A stretch of 64,000 nucleotides of DNA from Polymyxa betae A26-41 (lineage: Eukaryota > Protista > Endomyxa: Phytomyxea): positions 207,671 to 271,670 of the forward strand of contig RBZT01000623.1 of assembly GCA_003693705.1 (NCBI GenBank). Reading direction: 5' to 3'. This document shows, piece after piece, positions 63,663 through 64,000 of the stretch. The notes below the pieces were generated by a model. That model saw only the letters and a list, made by a program, of their open reading frames with translations, was not told where the DNA came from and ran no database searches. The position numbers and the translations under genes were made by a program. Position 1 is the stretch's first letter. Every line of letters starts with the position of its first letter.

Positions 63663-64000
63663 TTAAAGGATTCCATAATTAATCTGTGGCGACTTCGAAA
63701 TTGCAATCAATCGCAAATTAAGGCAATGGAATTCATGTTGCGTAGAATACTGATGAACCCCGGCTTCCCACTCATCTTTTATATCGAAGGAAAGGCTGGT
63801 TCAGGAAAGTCATATGTCCAAAAGATTTGGGGATTTGGGCAGAAACTTTTATCGATATGGCCTGGAATGTCATTAGCTGCGCTCCAACTACTTTGGCATG
63901 TTCTAATCTACATCCATTAGAAAGTAAGACTTTCTGGCGAGTTCATAGGTTACGACCAGGAGATATTGATTTCGACATCAGTAGACGAGGAGTTAATAAC
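63663..64000 (+). pseudogene. Disrupted PIF1/RecD-like SF1 helicase fragment (runs off the window end)
   Basis: NQSQIKA (Q-motif-like), Walker A FYIEGKAGSGKS, then motif Ia-like VISCAPTTLA in another frame. An 8-bp duplication at 63824-63839 causes the shift. In-frame stop at 63660. Confidence 0.55.

Noticed and set aside
1-64000. Prokaryotic systems (CRISPR, operons, defence islands), tRNA/rRNA genes or an alternative genetic code
   Set aside because: No repeat-spacer arrays or tRNA/rRNA signatures were seen. Fragmented ORFs are explained by short GT-AG introns under the standard code.

Overview
Gene-dense eukaryotic nuclear DNA with about 21 genes, mostly 45-60 nt GT-AG introns and short intergenic gaps. 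The compactness, chitin synthase and ankyrin gene fit a plasmodiophorid-type (Phytomyxea) protist, but that is inference. In order: a protein disulfide isomerase, a small spliced ORF, a giant coiled-coil protein, an acidic orphan ORF, head-to-head RPS21/RPL9, a secreted CUB-EGF-tyrosinase, a GBF1-type ARF-GEF, uracil-DNA glycosylase, a hypothetical protein, an EDEM-like GH47+PA mannosidase, a probably GPI-anchored FN3 protein, a ~13 kb HECT E3 ligase, a convergent pair of PH-AGC pseudokinase paralogues (one fused to C2 and an intact PTEN phosphatase), ESCO/Eco1, a BMT5-like (DUF2431) C2H2 protein, a TTC7/Ypp1-like TPR protein, chitin synthase, an F-box-ankyrin protein, a cysteine desulfurase-TtcA fusion, tyrosine aminotransferase and a frameshifted PIF1-like helicase fragment. 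The strongest leads are the Akt-like pseudokinase-PTEN fusion with its adjacent pseudokinase partner and the desulfurase-TtcA fusion. Weaker leads are structured oversized introns and an AT-rich domain (~52.3-62.4 kb) with intronic telomere-like repeats. All exon boundaries were read by eye and are unverified.
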